The position numbers and the translations under genes are program-made. Of a DNA stretch of 64,000 bases, positions 28,634-37,771 are shown piece after piece. Position 1 is the first letter of the stretch. Every line of letters starts with the position of its first letter. The notes beneath the pieces were generated by a model, which saw only the letters and a list, made by a program, of their open reading frames with translations, ran no database searches and was not told the DNA's origin. This stretch comes from Myxococcota bacterium (lineage in GTDB: Bacteria > Myxococcota_A > UBA9160 > UBA4427): NCBI GenBank assembly GCA_036336835.1, contig JAYZFK010000094.1, positions 1-64,000 of the forward strand. The letters run 5' to 3'.

Positions 28634-29083
28634 CTAGCTCGGCGGACGGAAGTCCTCGGGCATGTTGTCGATGTAGCAGCGTTCCTCGATGCGCTCGGCA
28701 ATGCGCCAGCCCGCTTCAGTGCGCACGAGCCGATCCACGTACCAGAGCCCACAGACGAAGACGTGCTCCGCGCCGTTCCGATCGAGCACCATGGGGTTGT
28801 GGCAGATGCAGCGCGCCGTGGCGCGATCGCCATCGAGATCGACCACCAGGTTCGAGATCATGTGCTGGAAGCTCTTGAACAGCACCATCGACTTGCCCAG
28901 GAACTCCTTGGTCTCCGGCAGCGTCCCCTTGCTCCCGCCGAGCGCCGTGTAATCGATGAAAGCGTCGGGTGTGAAGACGTCATCGAGCCCGTCCCAGTCG
29001 CGCGTATCGATGCAGTGCGAGTAGCGAACCAGCAGATCCTGGATCTCCATGCGATCGGAGATTTCCTGCAGCGTCATGGCCAT
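28634..29083 (-). CDS. SnoaL-like / NTF2 family protein
   Basis: DRMEIQDLLVRYSHCIDTRDW, FTPDA, QHMISN, YVDRLVRTEAGWRI. Confidence 0.9.
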   Translation of the reverse strand: MAMTLQEISDRMEIQDLLVRYSHCIDTRDWDGLDDVFTPDAFIDYTALGGSKGTLPETKEFLGKSMVLFKSFQHMISNLVVDLDGDRATARCICHNPMVLDRNGAEHVFVCGLWYVDRLVRTEAGWRIAERIEERCYIDNMPEDFRPPS

Positions 29084-29221
29084 CCGGACTCTCCTTCTGC
29101 GCCGTTCCCGAGCGGGGAACGACAGGAACGCCGAGTATAGTGGCGGCCGCCGGCAGGCGGGCGCTCTTGCTCCGGCTGGTGCTGTGACGGGTGGGCCGCT
29201 CGGATAGCGACACCGAGACCG

Positions 29222-30850
29222 CTACGAGGAGCGGATGCGCGCGAGATCCCAGACCGCCACGACCCCATCGTCATAGTCCGCCGGCCCCCAGAGCGCATCG
29301 AGCTGCCGCTGGGTGCGCCTCGCTTCCCGCCGCAGCGCCTGCCAGATCCCCGGATGGGGTCGCGTCGGGTCCGGGCCCCCGCGCGCTGCTCGAGCGGCGC
29401 GCTCCTCGCGTTCGAGATCGAGATGAATCACGGCATAGCGTCCGCCACTGGCAATCAGGGCAGCCGGTGTAGCCAGCAGGTAGTGCCGCAGCGCGACCTT
29501 CGGGTTGCGAACGAGCGGCTCGGCGTTGGCAACCAGCACGGCTCGCCGGTGGTGCTCCTGATACGCCGGGACCGCGTGGCCAAAGCCCCAGGACGGATGC
29601 CAGGGGAGTTCGACCAGCCCACCTCCGGGCTCTCTGTCGAGCTCGCGGTAGAACGCAGGCAGCTCCGAGCGTGCGATCTCGGGACGCGAACGCGTGAACA
29701 GGATGTAGTCGTCGTGCTGACGAAACGACGAACGCCAGAAGCCGCCGTCGAGATACGGGCCCGCCCACAGCAGGGCGACGGCCAGGCAGCCGAGCGCGGC
29801 CGCCCGCCGCCCGCCGGAATCCACTCGCCAGCGAGCGAACACACCATCGATGCCGGCGGCGGCACCTAGCAAGGACATGGGCAGCGTCACCAGGAAGGCA
29901 CGGGTCGCGAGGATCGGCGAGTCGAGTTCGGGAGCAAGCACGAGCAGACCCACGACGTGGCCCAGGAGTGCTGTGGGAACGAGCAGCGCGAGCAGCAGCT
30001 GCCCCCGTCTCCAGAGCTCGACGGGACCCGCCGCCACGACGGCCCAGAAGCCCAGCGCGACCAGTGACCCCGCGCTGCCGGCGTGCAGCCGCATCACCTC
30101 CCACGCGATCGAGAGATCGAGCCCCCCGACTCCGCTCTTGGCCCCGACCAGTGCAGCCAGCGTGTCCAGACCGGGCGCCAACATCATCCCTGCTGTGAGC
30201 AGCAACCCGACAGCGAGCCACGCGATCCCCGGCAGCCCAAACGCCACGAGACGCGGCTGCAGCGCGATGGCTAGCAGCCCCGCGCCGAGCGGCGCGACCA
30301 CCACCGGCCCGGCTCCCAGATGGAAGAAGATCGCAAAGGCTCCGCAGAGGACGTAGACGGCACCGAAGCGTCGCCCCCCACCCTGGCCGTAGCGGGCGAA
30401 CGCGAGCACGGCACACGTCGTCAGCGCCACGGTGATCGAATACGAGCGCACCATCCGGCCGTAGATCACGAGCATCGGCGACAGGGCCAGCAACCAGGCC
30501 CAGAGCCACGCGACCCGCGCGCCCGCCAGCGGAGCCAGCAGCCGCGGCGCCACCAGCAGCAGCGCGAGCGACCCGAGCAGTGCGGGCGCGCGCAGCACGG
30601 ATTCCGAAAGGACTCCGCCCGCGTCGAGCCAGAGTCGATACAGCGCCGTCAGCGGAAGACTGTGGTCCGTCTGCTGCCAGGTGACGAGGATCTGATCGAG
30701 CGGCATCGAAATGGCCGCACGCACGGCGTGGAGCTCGTCGTCACCCACGATCTGCTCGCGCAGGTTCCAGACGCGCAGCGCGAGCCCGACGCTGACGGGC
30801 GCGGCCAGGCGGCTGAGACCGATGCGCTCTGCGTTCGGATCGGACGCCAT
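29222..30850 (-). CDS. Polytopic membrane protein, GT-C (PMT/GT39-like) glycosyltransferase
   Basis: LALRVWNL...GDDELH, HSLPL, LLALSPMLVIYGRMVRSYS; many TMs. Confidence 0.65.
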   Translation of the reverse strand: MASDPNAERIGLSRLAAPVSVGLALRVWNLREQIVGDDELHAVRAAISMPLDQILVTWQQTDHSLPLTALYRLWLDAGGVLSESVLRAPALLGSLALLLVAPRLLAPLAGARVAWLWAWLLALSPMLVIYGRMVRSYSITVALTTCAVLAFARYGQGGGRRFGAVYVLCGAFAIFFHLGAGPVVVAPLGAGLLAIALQPRLVAFGLPGIAWLAVGLLLTAGMMLAPGLDTLAALVGAKSGVGGLDLSIAWEVMRLHAGSAGSLVALGFWAVVAAGPVELWRRGQLLLALLVPTALLGHVVGLLVLAPELDSPILATRAFLVTLPMSLLGAAAGIDGVFARWRVDSGGRRAAALGCLAVALLWAGPYLDGGFWRSSFRQHDDYILFTRSRPEIARSELPAFYRELDREPGGGLVELPWHPSWGFGHAVPAYQEHHRRAVLVANAEPLVRNPKVALRHYLLATPAALIASGGRYAVIHLDLEREERAARAARGGPDPTRPHPGIWQALRREARRTQRQLDALWGPADYDDGVVAVWDLARIRSS

Positions 30851-30916
30851 CGTGCGAGCTTCCTCCACCCGCCGCGGACGTGCCAGCACTGCACCCGCGA
30901 CTGCTACCTTGACGCC

Positions 30917-31156
30917 GTGGAGTTCGTGGCCTTCGCGCTGTTCGTCGGCTATCTCGTACCGTGGATCGCGGCCGTTGCCCGTGAGCACCACCGGCACGGC
31001 GCGGTCCTGGCGGCGACGCTGCTGCTCGGCTGGACGGGCCTCGGCTGGCTGGCCGCCTTGCTGTACGCGCTGACGAGCGATCCACAGGCCCGCCGGCCGC
31101 TGCGACTGATCGCGGGCGGAGCCAGTGGTCCGACGCCGCCCTTCGGGTCCGACTGA
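30917..31156 (+). CDS. Superinfection immunity protein (T4 Imm-like)
   Basis: YLVPWIAAVAREHH...LLLGWTGLGWLAALLYAL matches the Imm pattern Y(F)LPxIIA..R.H...LGWTxxGWxxAL; TACCTT 6 nt upstream. Confidence 0.8.
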   Translation: MEFVAFALFVGYLVPWIAAVAREHHRHGAVLAATLLLGWTGLGWLAALLYALTSDPQARRPLRLIAGGASGPTPPFGSD

Positions 31157-31211
31157 CGCGGCGCGCTAGTGTGGCGCTCGCGGAGCGCAGCGCCGCAGCC
31201 CCGGAGGTCCC

Positions 31212-32024
31212 GTGCCGTACCAGGACATTCGCTTCGAGCTCGCCAGCGGCGTCGCCACGATCACCTTGAACCGCCCGGACGCGCTGAACGCCTTCAGCGG
31301 CACGATGGGGCGGGAGCTCGGCGAGGCCTACCTGCGTTGCGACCAGGACGACGACGTGCGGGCGATCGTCCTGACCGGAGCGGGGCGCGCCTTCTGCGCC
31401 GGGGCCGACATGTCGGTCGGTGAGGACACCTTCGCCAAGCCGGAGTCCGACGAGTTTACTGCCGCCGCGGTCGATCCCCCGGCCTTCGCACTCCGCAAGC
31501 CCGTGATCGCAGCCGTGAACGGGCACGCCATCGGTCTCGGCCTCACCCTCGCCTTGCAGTGCGACCTGCGGGTGATCGCGCGCGAGGGCAAGTACGGTGT
31601 CGTGCAGGTTCGCCGGGGCGTCATGCCCGACGCCTATTCCAACTGGACACTGCAGCGCATCGTCGGGCTGGAACGCGCGGCCGAGATCCTGCTGACCGGC
31701 CGCCGGCTGAGCGGCGACGAGGCGTTCGCCCTGGGCATCGCGAGCCGCTGCGTACCCGCCGACGAGGTGCTGCCCAGCGCGCTCGCGATTGCCCGCGACA
31801 TCGCAGTGAACGCAGCTCCCCTGTCTGTCGCGATCACCAAGAAGCTGCTGTGGCAGAGCCCGATGCTGTCGCCGTCGCAGACCGAACGGCTCGAGACGGC
31901 CCTCCATCGCCACCTGATGGGACGGCCGGACGCGATCGAGGGCGTGATGGCCTACCTGGAGCGCCGCGACCCGGTATGGAAGCTCCGCGTGGGCAAGGAC
32001 TGGCCGGAGTGGCCGGAGGTGTGA
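31212..32024 (+). CDS. Enoyl-CoA hydratase/isomerase family
   Basis: TLNRPDALNA, AFCAGADM, KPVIAAVNGHAIGLG; GGAGG RBS. Confidence 0.92.
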   Translation: MPYQDIRFELASGVATITLNRPDALNAFSGTMGRELGEAYLRCDQDDDVRAIVLTGAGRAFCAGADMSVGEDTFAKPESDEFTAAAVDPPAFALRKPVIAAVNGHAIGLGLTLALQCDLRVIAREGKYGVVQVRRGVMPDAYSNWTLQRIVGLERAAEILLTGRRLSGDEAFALGIASRCVPADEVLPSALAIARDIAVNAAPLSVAITKKLLWQSPMLSPSQTERLETALHRHLMGRPDAIEGVMAYLERRDPVWKLRVGKDWPEWPEV

Positions 32025-32575
32025 GCGCAAGGCATGTGCGGGGCCTGCCGCCGCTGGCGGGGCGCCGCTCGCACACCCTGGTCCTGGGCTCGATGCCGGG
32101 CATTGCCTCGCTCGAGGCACAGCAGTATTACGGTCATCCGCGCAACGCCTTCTGGGACGTGGCCGAGGTGCTCGGCATCGCCCGCTCGTTGCCCTACCGA
32201 AGCCGTTGCGCTCGCCTTCGGCATCTTGGCTTCGCGCTCTGGGACGTGCTTGCCGAGTGCGATCGGGCGGGCTCACTCGACCAGGCGATCCGTTCGCCAC
32301 GAGCCAACGATCTGGTCGCCTTCGCCCAACGAGTCCGGCCGGCGCGCATCTTGTTCAACGGCCAGGCCGCGCGCCGCCACTTCGAGCGCCTGCTCTCACC
32401 GCGCTTCGAGATCGCGCACCCGACGATCGTGCTTCGCACCCTGCCCTCGACGAGCCCCGCCAACACGACACGCAGCAAGACCGCCATCTGGCGGCGCGCG
32501 CTTCGCGGCGCCGCCCGCAGCGCACTCGGGGAGGCGCCGCGCGGAGTGCTCGCCCGACGTTTCGGCAGCGGCTGA
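32021..32575 (+). CDS. DNA-deoxyinosine (hypoxanthine) glycosylase, UDG superfamily
   Basis: LVLGSMPG.ASL..QQYYGHPRNAFW, LWDVL, GSLD, FNG, LPSTSPAN; GTGA overlap with the upstream stop. Confidence 0.88.
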   Translation: MSARHVRGLPPLAGRRSHTLVLGSMPGIASLEAQQYYGHPRNAFWDVAEVLGIARSLPYRSRCARLRHLGFALWDVLAECDRAGSLDQAIRSPRANDLVAFAQRVRPARILFNGQAARRHFERLLSPRFEIAHPTIVLRTLPSTSPANTTRSKTAIWRRALRGAARSALGEAPRGVLARRFGSG

Positions 32576-32634
32576 CGCGCTATCGTCGTGCCACCCGGCG
32601 CCCATGCGCCTCGCCGGGGCTACACGGAGCTCTC

Positions 32635-34065
32635 GTGAGCAATCAAGCCACCGACCCCGACGGCGGTGTCGGCCCCGTGCACGCCGAGTTCGATCTGGAG
32701 AGTGGACCCGTCGCTGCCCTGGCGAGTTCATCGGCCCGGCCCAACTTGAGCATCTTCGATCTCGCGTGGCCGTCGATCACCACCAACGTCCTGCAGTCGA
32801 TCGTCGGCATCGTGGACATGGCGATCGTCGGCCGCGTGAGCGTCGACGCGCAGGCGGCGGTGGGCAGCGGCCACCGCATCTTCTTCATCGGACAGGCTGT
32901 GATGATGGCAATCACCGCCGGGACGACCGCGCTGGTGGCCCGCTCCTGGGGTGCCAACGAACGCGCCGAAGCAGAGCGCGCGACGCACGCCTCCCTTGTC
33001 TTCTGCTGCGGGCTGAGCCTGGTGCTGTGCGCGCTGGGAGTCGGTCTCGCCGCGCCCCTCGCAGCCAGCTTCGGACTGCCGGAGACCACGACCGCGCAGA
33101 CGACCGAGTTCATCCGCTGGCTCTCTGCCTTCCACATCGGGTTCACGATCCAGTTCGTCATCGGCGTGGCGCTACGCGCGGCCGGAGATGTGAAAACGCC
33201 GCTGGCGATCGGGGCACTGACCAACGTCGCAAACGTCTTGCTGGTCTACGGACTCGTGTTCGGCGAGCTGCCCGGCATCCCGCTGCCGATCGAGCCGATG
33301 GGTGTGCGTGGCGCGGCCATCGCGAGCGGGCTCGCGTTTACCCTGGGCTCGGTGGTCATGCTCGGGCTCTATCTGGCTGGACGGCTGCGACTGCGGCCGC
33401 GCGCCGCGGGCTCGCTGACCCTCGATCGCCTTCGCCGGCTGTGGCACATCGGCTACCCATCGGGTCTCGAGCAGGCCGTGTTCCAGGGCGGCTTCTACGT
33501 CTTCATCGTGATCGTGTCGCAGTACGGCACGGCGCCGAACGCCGCCTACAACATCGGCGTCCAGCTGTTGTCACTGTCGTTCGTGATCGGCTTCGGCTAT
33601 TCGATCGCCGCCTCGACGCTGGTCGGCCAGTACCTCGGAGCAGGCGAGCCCGAGCAGGCCACCGACGCCGGCTGGCGCTGCATGAGGCTGTCCATCTACT
33701 CGATGATCGTGCTCGGCGTTGCGATCGTCGCCAGTGCGCCCTGGGTCGCGCCGTTCTTCAACGAGGATCCCGAGGTAGTGAGGCTGACGGTGGTGTTCAT
33801 CAACGTGCTCGGCCTGGTCCAGCCCCTGATGGCAATCGAATTCTCGCTGTCCGGCGCGTTGCGCGGAGCCGGCGACACGCGCTGGCCACTGATCTCGGTG
33901 ATGAGTGGCTTCATCGGTGTGCGGCTCACACTCGCGGTGCTGTTCTGGCAGCTCGGGCTCTCCGTGGAGTGGGTCTACGCGGCGCTGATCGGCGACTACA
34001 TCGTGAAGTCGGCCGTGCTCGCGACTCGCTTCGGGCGTGGGCGCTGGCAGCTGCTGCGCGTCTAG
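32635..34065 (+). CDS. MATE family efflux transporter
   Basis: LAWP, VDMAIVG, LRAAGDVKTPL, MGVRGAAIA, VGQYLGA, LRGAGDTRWP; about 12 TMs. Confidence 0.92.
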   Translation: MSNQATDPDGGVGPVHAEFDLESGPVAALASSSARPNLSIFDLAWPSITTNVLQSIVGIVDMAIVGRVSVDAQAAVGSGHRIFFIGQAVMMAITAGTTALVARSWGANERAEAERATHASLVFCCGLSLVLCALGVGLAAPLAASFGLPETTTAQTTEFIRWLSAFHIGFTIQFVIGVALRAAGDVKTPLAIGALTNVANVLLVYGLVFGELPGIPLPIEPMGVRGAAIASGLAFTLGSVVMLGLYLAGRLRLRPRAAGSLTLDRLRRLWHIGYPSGLEQAVFQGGFYVFIVIVSQYGTAPNAAYNIGVQLLSLSFVIGFGYSIAASTLVGQYLGAGEPEQATDAGWRCMRLSIYSMIVLGVAIVASAPWVAPFFNEDPEVVRLTVVFINVLGLVQPLMAIEFSLSGALRGAGDTRWPLISVMSGFIGVRLTLAVLFWQLGLSVEWVYAALIGDYIVKSAVLATRFGRGRWQLLRV

Positions 34066-34335
34066 CAGCCCACCGCGGGACTCCCACGGCAAGCGCGGCC
34101 AGCGAGCTGCATGGAGCCTGGAGTCCGGCTCGCGGAACGACGGGGCCCGCCCGGCGGTTGCCGGACGGGCCCGAGGGTTCCGTCCATCGCCTCTGGGAAG
34201 GGTTGGGTCAAGGAAGAGTGCGGACTTCTGGAAGACAGTCAGTCGTGGTGGCCTCGCCTTCCTCTCCATCCTGACCCGCCGCGAAAAACGGTATACCTCC
34301 AGCTCAATAGGTATCACCCGCCACAAGCCTATCCA

Positions 34336-34351
34336 TCCCTCATTTGAGTGA
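34336..34351. promoter_or_regulatory. Imperfect palindrome TCCCTCA-TT-TGAGTGA, candidate operator of the adjacent LuxR-type regulator
   Basis: 6 of 7 arm positions complementary; lies in an AT-richer promoter region upstream of the regulator. Confidence 0.4.
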
Positions 34352-34471
34352 ATTCAAAGGGGTTTTCACGACCCGCGGCTCGAGGGGGGAACAGCCCCAT
34401 CACTTGACTAACGCCATTCGACGAAAGTGCCTAAACTACCGTCCGGGAGTCGTTTTCGCCGGATTATCACG

Positions 34472-35689
34472 ATGAACCCCGAACAACGCGCCATCGAACT
34501 CGTCGATCTCACCTACCGGGCAGCCACCGACCCCGAGGCCTGGAGACCCGTCGCAAAAGCACTGTCGGAGTTGTTCGGCGGTGCAGCACTCATCCTAGAC
34601 ATTCAAGCGCCCGGGCTCGGCCAGCCCGACGGAGAGTTCCACGTCGGACTCGATCGGGACCTCATGCGCGAAGCCCGGTCCTCGTGGAAGGAAGGCCTGG
34701 CCTGGATGACGGCCGCGGGCAACGACCTCGGCAAGCGCTTCATTCGGGTCTCGGACTACTACACCCAGCAGGATCTGGCAGAGAGCAAATTCGTGCGCGA
34801 GTTCCTGATCCCGCAAGGACTCGCACCCGAGTGGCCGATCGTACACATCATCTCTCCGGAAGAAGCCGTGCTGTCGTCCGGCATCTCCGTGTGTCGACGC
34901 AAAGGGGGCTCGCCGGTCACCGAGGAACAGCTGGGTGTCGCCGATCGCCTCGTCCCGCACCTCAAACGCGCGATCGCGATCTCCAGCCGACTCGCCAACG
35001 TCGCGAATCAACAGGTCGCACTACACGAGGTGATCGATCGCATTCCGACGGGCGTGATCATCCTCGATACGAGCTGCCGGCCGCTGTTCGTCAATCGGAT
35101 GGCCACTCGTATTCTGAAGCTCGAAGATGGGCTGACGATCGACGAGAGAGGCCCGCGCGGAAAGGACCAGACCTCCACCGCGCAGCTGCGAAGTCTGATC
35201 GACTCGGCCGTCAATCCGCTGCCGGGACACGAGCTCGCCGGAGGAGGCTTCATGGGTCTGCCGCGCTCCTCCGGCCTGCGCGCGTTCCCGCTGCTGATCA
35301 CTCCCATCCTCGGTCATACGAATCGCGGCACCATCGCTGACGGCGCAGCGGTGATGTTCGTGAGCGATCCCGATTGTCGCGATGTCTCGTTCGCGACGGT
35401 CCTGAGCGAGGTCTATGGCCTCACGCCCGCAGAGTCGGAACTCGCGCAGCTGCTCGCACAGGGACGATCGCTCGAGGAAGCAGCCACCGCTCGCCACGTC
35501 ACACTCAATACCGCGCGGAGTCAGCTCAAGCAGGTGTTCGCCAAGACGGACACCAACCGGCAGGGCGAGCTGCTGCAGCTCGTCCTGAGTGGCGTCACGG
35601 TGATCGACCGGCCGCCGGATGCCGACGCCGAGGAGACTGCCAGCGATAAGACAGCGCCGGCCGCCGTGCTGCCCACCGGATCGAACTAG
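34472..35689 (+). CDS. LuxR-type HTH transcriptional regulator with PAS-like domain
   Basis: LVPHLKRA, GVIILD...VNRMA, YGLTPAESELA...SLEEAA...TARSQLKQVFAKTDTNRQGEL. Confidence 0.9.
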   Translation: MNPEQRAIELVDLTYRAATDPEAWRPVAKALSELFGGAALILDIQAPGLGQPDGEFHVGLDRDLMREARSSWKEGLAWMTAAGNDLGKRFIRVSDYYTQQDLAESKFVREFLIPQGLAPEWPIVHIISPEEAVLSSGISVCRRKGGSPVTEEQLGVADRLVPHLKRAIAISSRLANVANQQVALHEVIDRIPTGVIILDTSCRPLFVNRMATRILKLEDGLTIDERGPRGKDQTSTAQLRSLIDSAVNPLPGHELAGGGFMGLPRSSGLRAFPLLITPILGHTNRGTIADGAAVMFVSDPDCRDVSFATVLSEVYGLTPAESELAQLLAQGRSLEEAATARHVTLNTARSQLKQVFAKTDTNRQGELLQLVLSGVTVIDRPPDADAEETASDKTAPAAVLPTGSN

Positions 35690-35811
35690 ACCCGCGGACC
35701 CAGCGCGCACCCAGCACGCACCGCCAGGTCGAGCGCAACCGGCGACGGGCCCCGCGTCCGCTCGAGCGTGCTCGCGGTGCCATCCCAGCAACATGGCACC
35801 GCGAATGTGGA

Positions 35812-37680
35812 CTACCGCTCCGCCTCCGAGGCGCCGACGAGCTCGTCCAGCAGCGATCTCGCAGCGCGATCATTGGGATCCTCATCGAGCAGGCGGCGCA
35901 GCATTGCCTCCGCTGCCTCGTTCTCTCCGCGCGCGCTCAGCAGGCGTGCGAGCGCCCGGCGGCCAACGCGCGAGTCGGGGCGCAGCACCAGGGCGGCACG
36001 GTACGCTGCAATGGCCTCGTCGTTTCGACCGAGCTGGCGCAACAGGCGCGCGAGGTTCAGGGGCGCCTGCTCCGCGTTGGGATCGTGGCGAATCGCCGCG
36101 CGAAACGCGCGTTCGGCGCCGGCCCAGTCGCCGAGGCTGCGCAACGCCAGACCCAGGTTGTTGTGCGCGAGGACGAGATCGGGCTTCAGAGCGAGCGCGA
36201 GCTCGAGATGCTCGATCGCCTGCGGCAACTCGCCCTCGAGACGCAGGACTGCCCCCATCCCGTTGTGGGCCCGAGCCGACTGCGGACTCACATCGAGCAC
36301 ATGGCGGTACTGCTGGAGGGCATCGTGGTTGCGCTCCACCGACCGATAAACCGACGCGAGCCCGAAGCGTGCCAGGTGGTTTCCCGGATCGACCGCGATC
36401 GCGTGTTCGAACAACGGCAGCGAGCCATGCCAGTGCACCAGCTGGTATGAGGTCGCCACCGCAAGTGCCGAGATCAGCCCGGTCGCGAATACGGCGCCGA
36501 GCCACCGCACGCCCGGTGCCCTGCCGCGCAACCACTCGGCCACAGGCCAGACGAGGGCGAGAAACAAGCCGACCGAGGGCAGATAGCTGTAGCGATCGGC
36601 CATCCCCTGCGGCCCGATCTGGACGAGCCCGATCACCGGGACGAGCATCCCCAGGAACCAGGCCACGCCAACGCCGACCGCGCCACCCTCGCGCACGGCT
36701 ACCGCCAGCGCGGCGCACACCGCCAGACCAGCGGTGACGATCGACGCGGCCGTGAGTCCGCGCCCTCCGTCGCCGGGCAGGAATGGATGCGGCACTTGCA
36801 CCGACAGCTCGTGCGGCCACAGATGCAGCTCGAGATAGCGGCCGTACGAGTAGACCACGTTCGCCATTCGCTCGGGCAGCGACAGACCTCGCCCGACGGC
36901 CATCGCCCCGTCGTGCTGCTGGACCCAGTAGGTCACCACGCTGATCACGAGCACGACCCCGATCAGCGGAAGCTTCTCGATCGCGAGCTGCCCGGGCGTC
37001 GCGGGTCGGTAGCGCCCCGGCCGCTCCGCGCCCCCCTTGCTCGCGAGCCAGGCGGCCAACCGCGAATCCGAGCCGGGTGCGATCCGCCCGAGCGGCCAGC
37101 CATCGAGCAACAACAGGACGAACGGGAGGGTGACCAGCATCGCCTTCGACATCAGACCGAGCAGCAGCACGATCGTGACGACGAGGTATCGACCGGCACC
37201 GCCGAGCCGAGCGAATCGGAGATAGGCAGCGATCGTCGCAAATGCGAACACACCGCTGAGCACGTCCTTGCGCTCGGTCACCCAGGCCACTGACTCGACG
37301 TGCAGCGGGTGCAACGCGAACGCGGCGGCAACCAGCGCCGATGGAAGCGAACGCCCGGTCATCGAGATCAACACCGCGAAGAGCAGCAGAGTAGCGACAA
37401 TGTGAAGCACGAGGTTCGTAACGTGGTGAGCGCCCGGATCGAGGCCGAACCACTCGACGTCGAGCATGTGCGACATGAAGGTCAGGGGCAGCCAGTTGGC
37501 ACCCAACGATCGGGTGAAGGCCCACTCGACGCTCTCGACGTCGAGCCCCCGCAGCACCCACTCGTTCCCGGTGATGTAGAGCGGATCGTCGAGCGAGACG
37601 AAGGCGAAGCCAGCGACCGGGGCATAGACGAACGCGGTGACACCCGCCAGGACAACCGCAAGCAGTACTCGAACCACCAT
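35812..37680 (-). CDS. TMTC-like GT-C membrane protein with C-terminal TPRs (putative protein O-mannosyltransferase)
   Basis: FVSLDDPLYI, NWLPLT, HPLHVESVAWVTERKDVL, MADRYSYLP, several TPR repeats (AHNNLG). Confidence 0.85.
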   Translation of the reverse strand: MVVRVLLAVVLAGVTAFVYAPVAGFAFVSLDDPLYITGNEWVLRGLDVESVEWAFTRSLGANWLPLTFMSHMLDVEWFGLDPGAHHVTNLVLHIVATLLLFAVLISMTGRSLPSALVAAAFALHPLHVESVAWVTERKDVLSGVFAFATIAAYLRFARLGGAGRYLVVTIVLLLGLMSKAMLVTLPFVLLLLDGWPLGRIAPGSDSRLAAWLASKGGAERPGRYRPATPGQLAIEKLPLIGVVLVISVVTYWVQQHDGAMAVGRGLSLPERMANVVYSYGRYLELHLWPHELSVQVPHPFLPGDGGRGLTAASIVTAGLAVCAALAVAVREGGAVGVGVAWFLGMLVPVIGLVQIGPQGMADRYSYLPSVGLFLALVWPVAEWLRGRAPGVRWLGAVFATGLISALAVATSYQLVHWHGSLPLFEHAIAVDPGNHLARFGLASVYRSVERNHDALQQYRHVLDVSPQSARAHNGMGAVLRLEGELPQAIEHLELALALKPDLVLAHNNLGLALRSLGDWAGAERAFRAAIRHDPNAEQAPLNLARLLRQLGRNDEAIAAYRAALVLRPDSRVGRRALARLLSARGENEAAEAMLRRLLDEDPNDRAARSLLDELVGASEAER

Positions 37681-37771
37681 CGACGCGCCCTCACCTCCGC
37701 CACGCCGAGGGTACAGCGACCTCACAGCATCGCCCGCGGCTGGCGAAGCCGCTGTGGCATGATGCTTCGCT

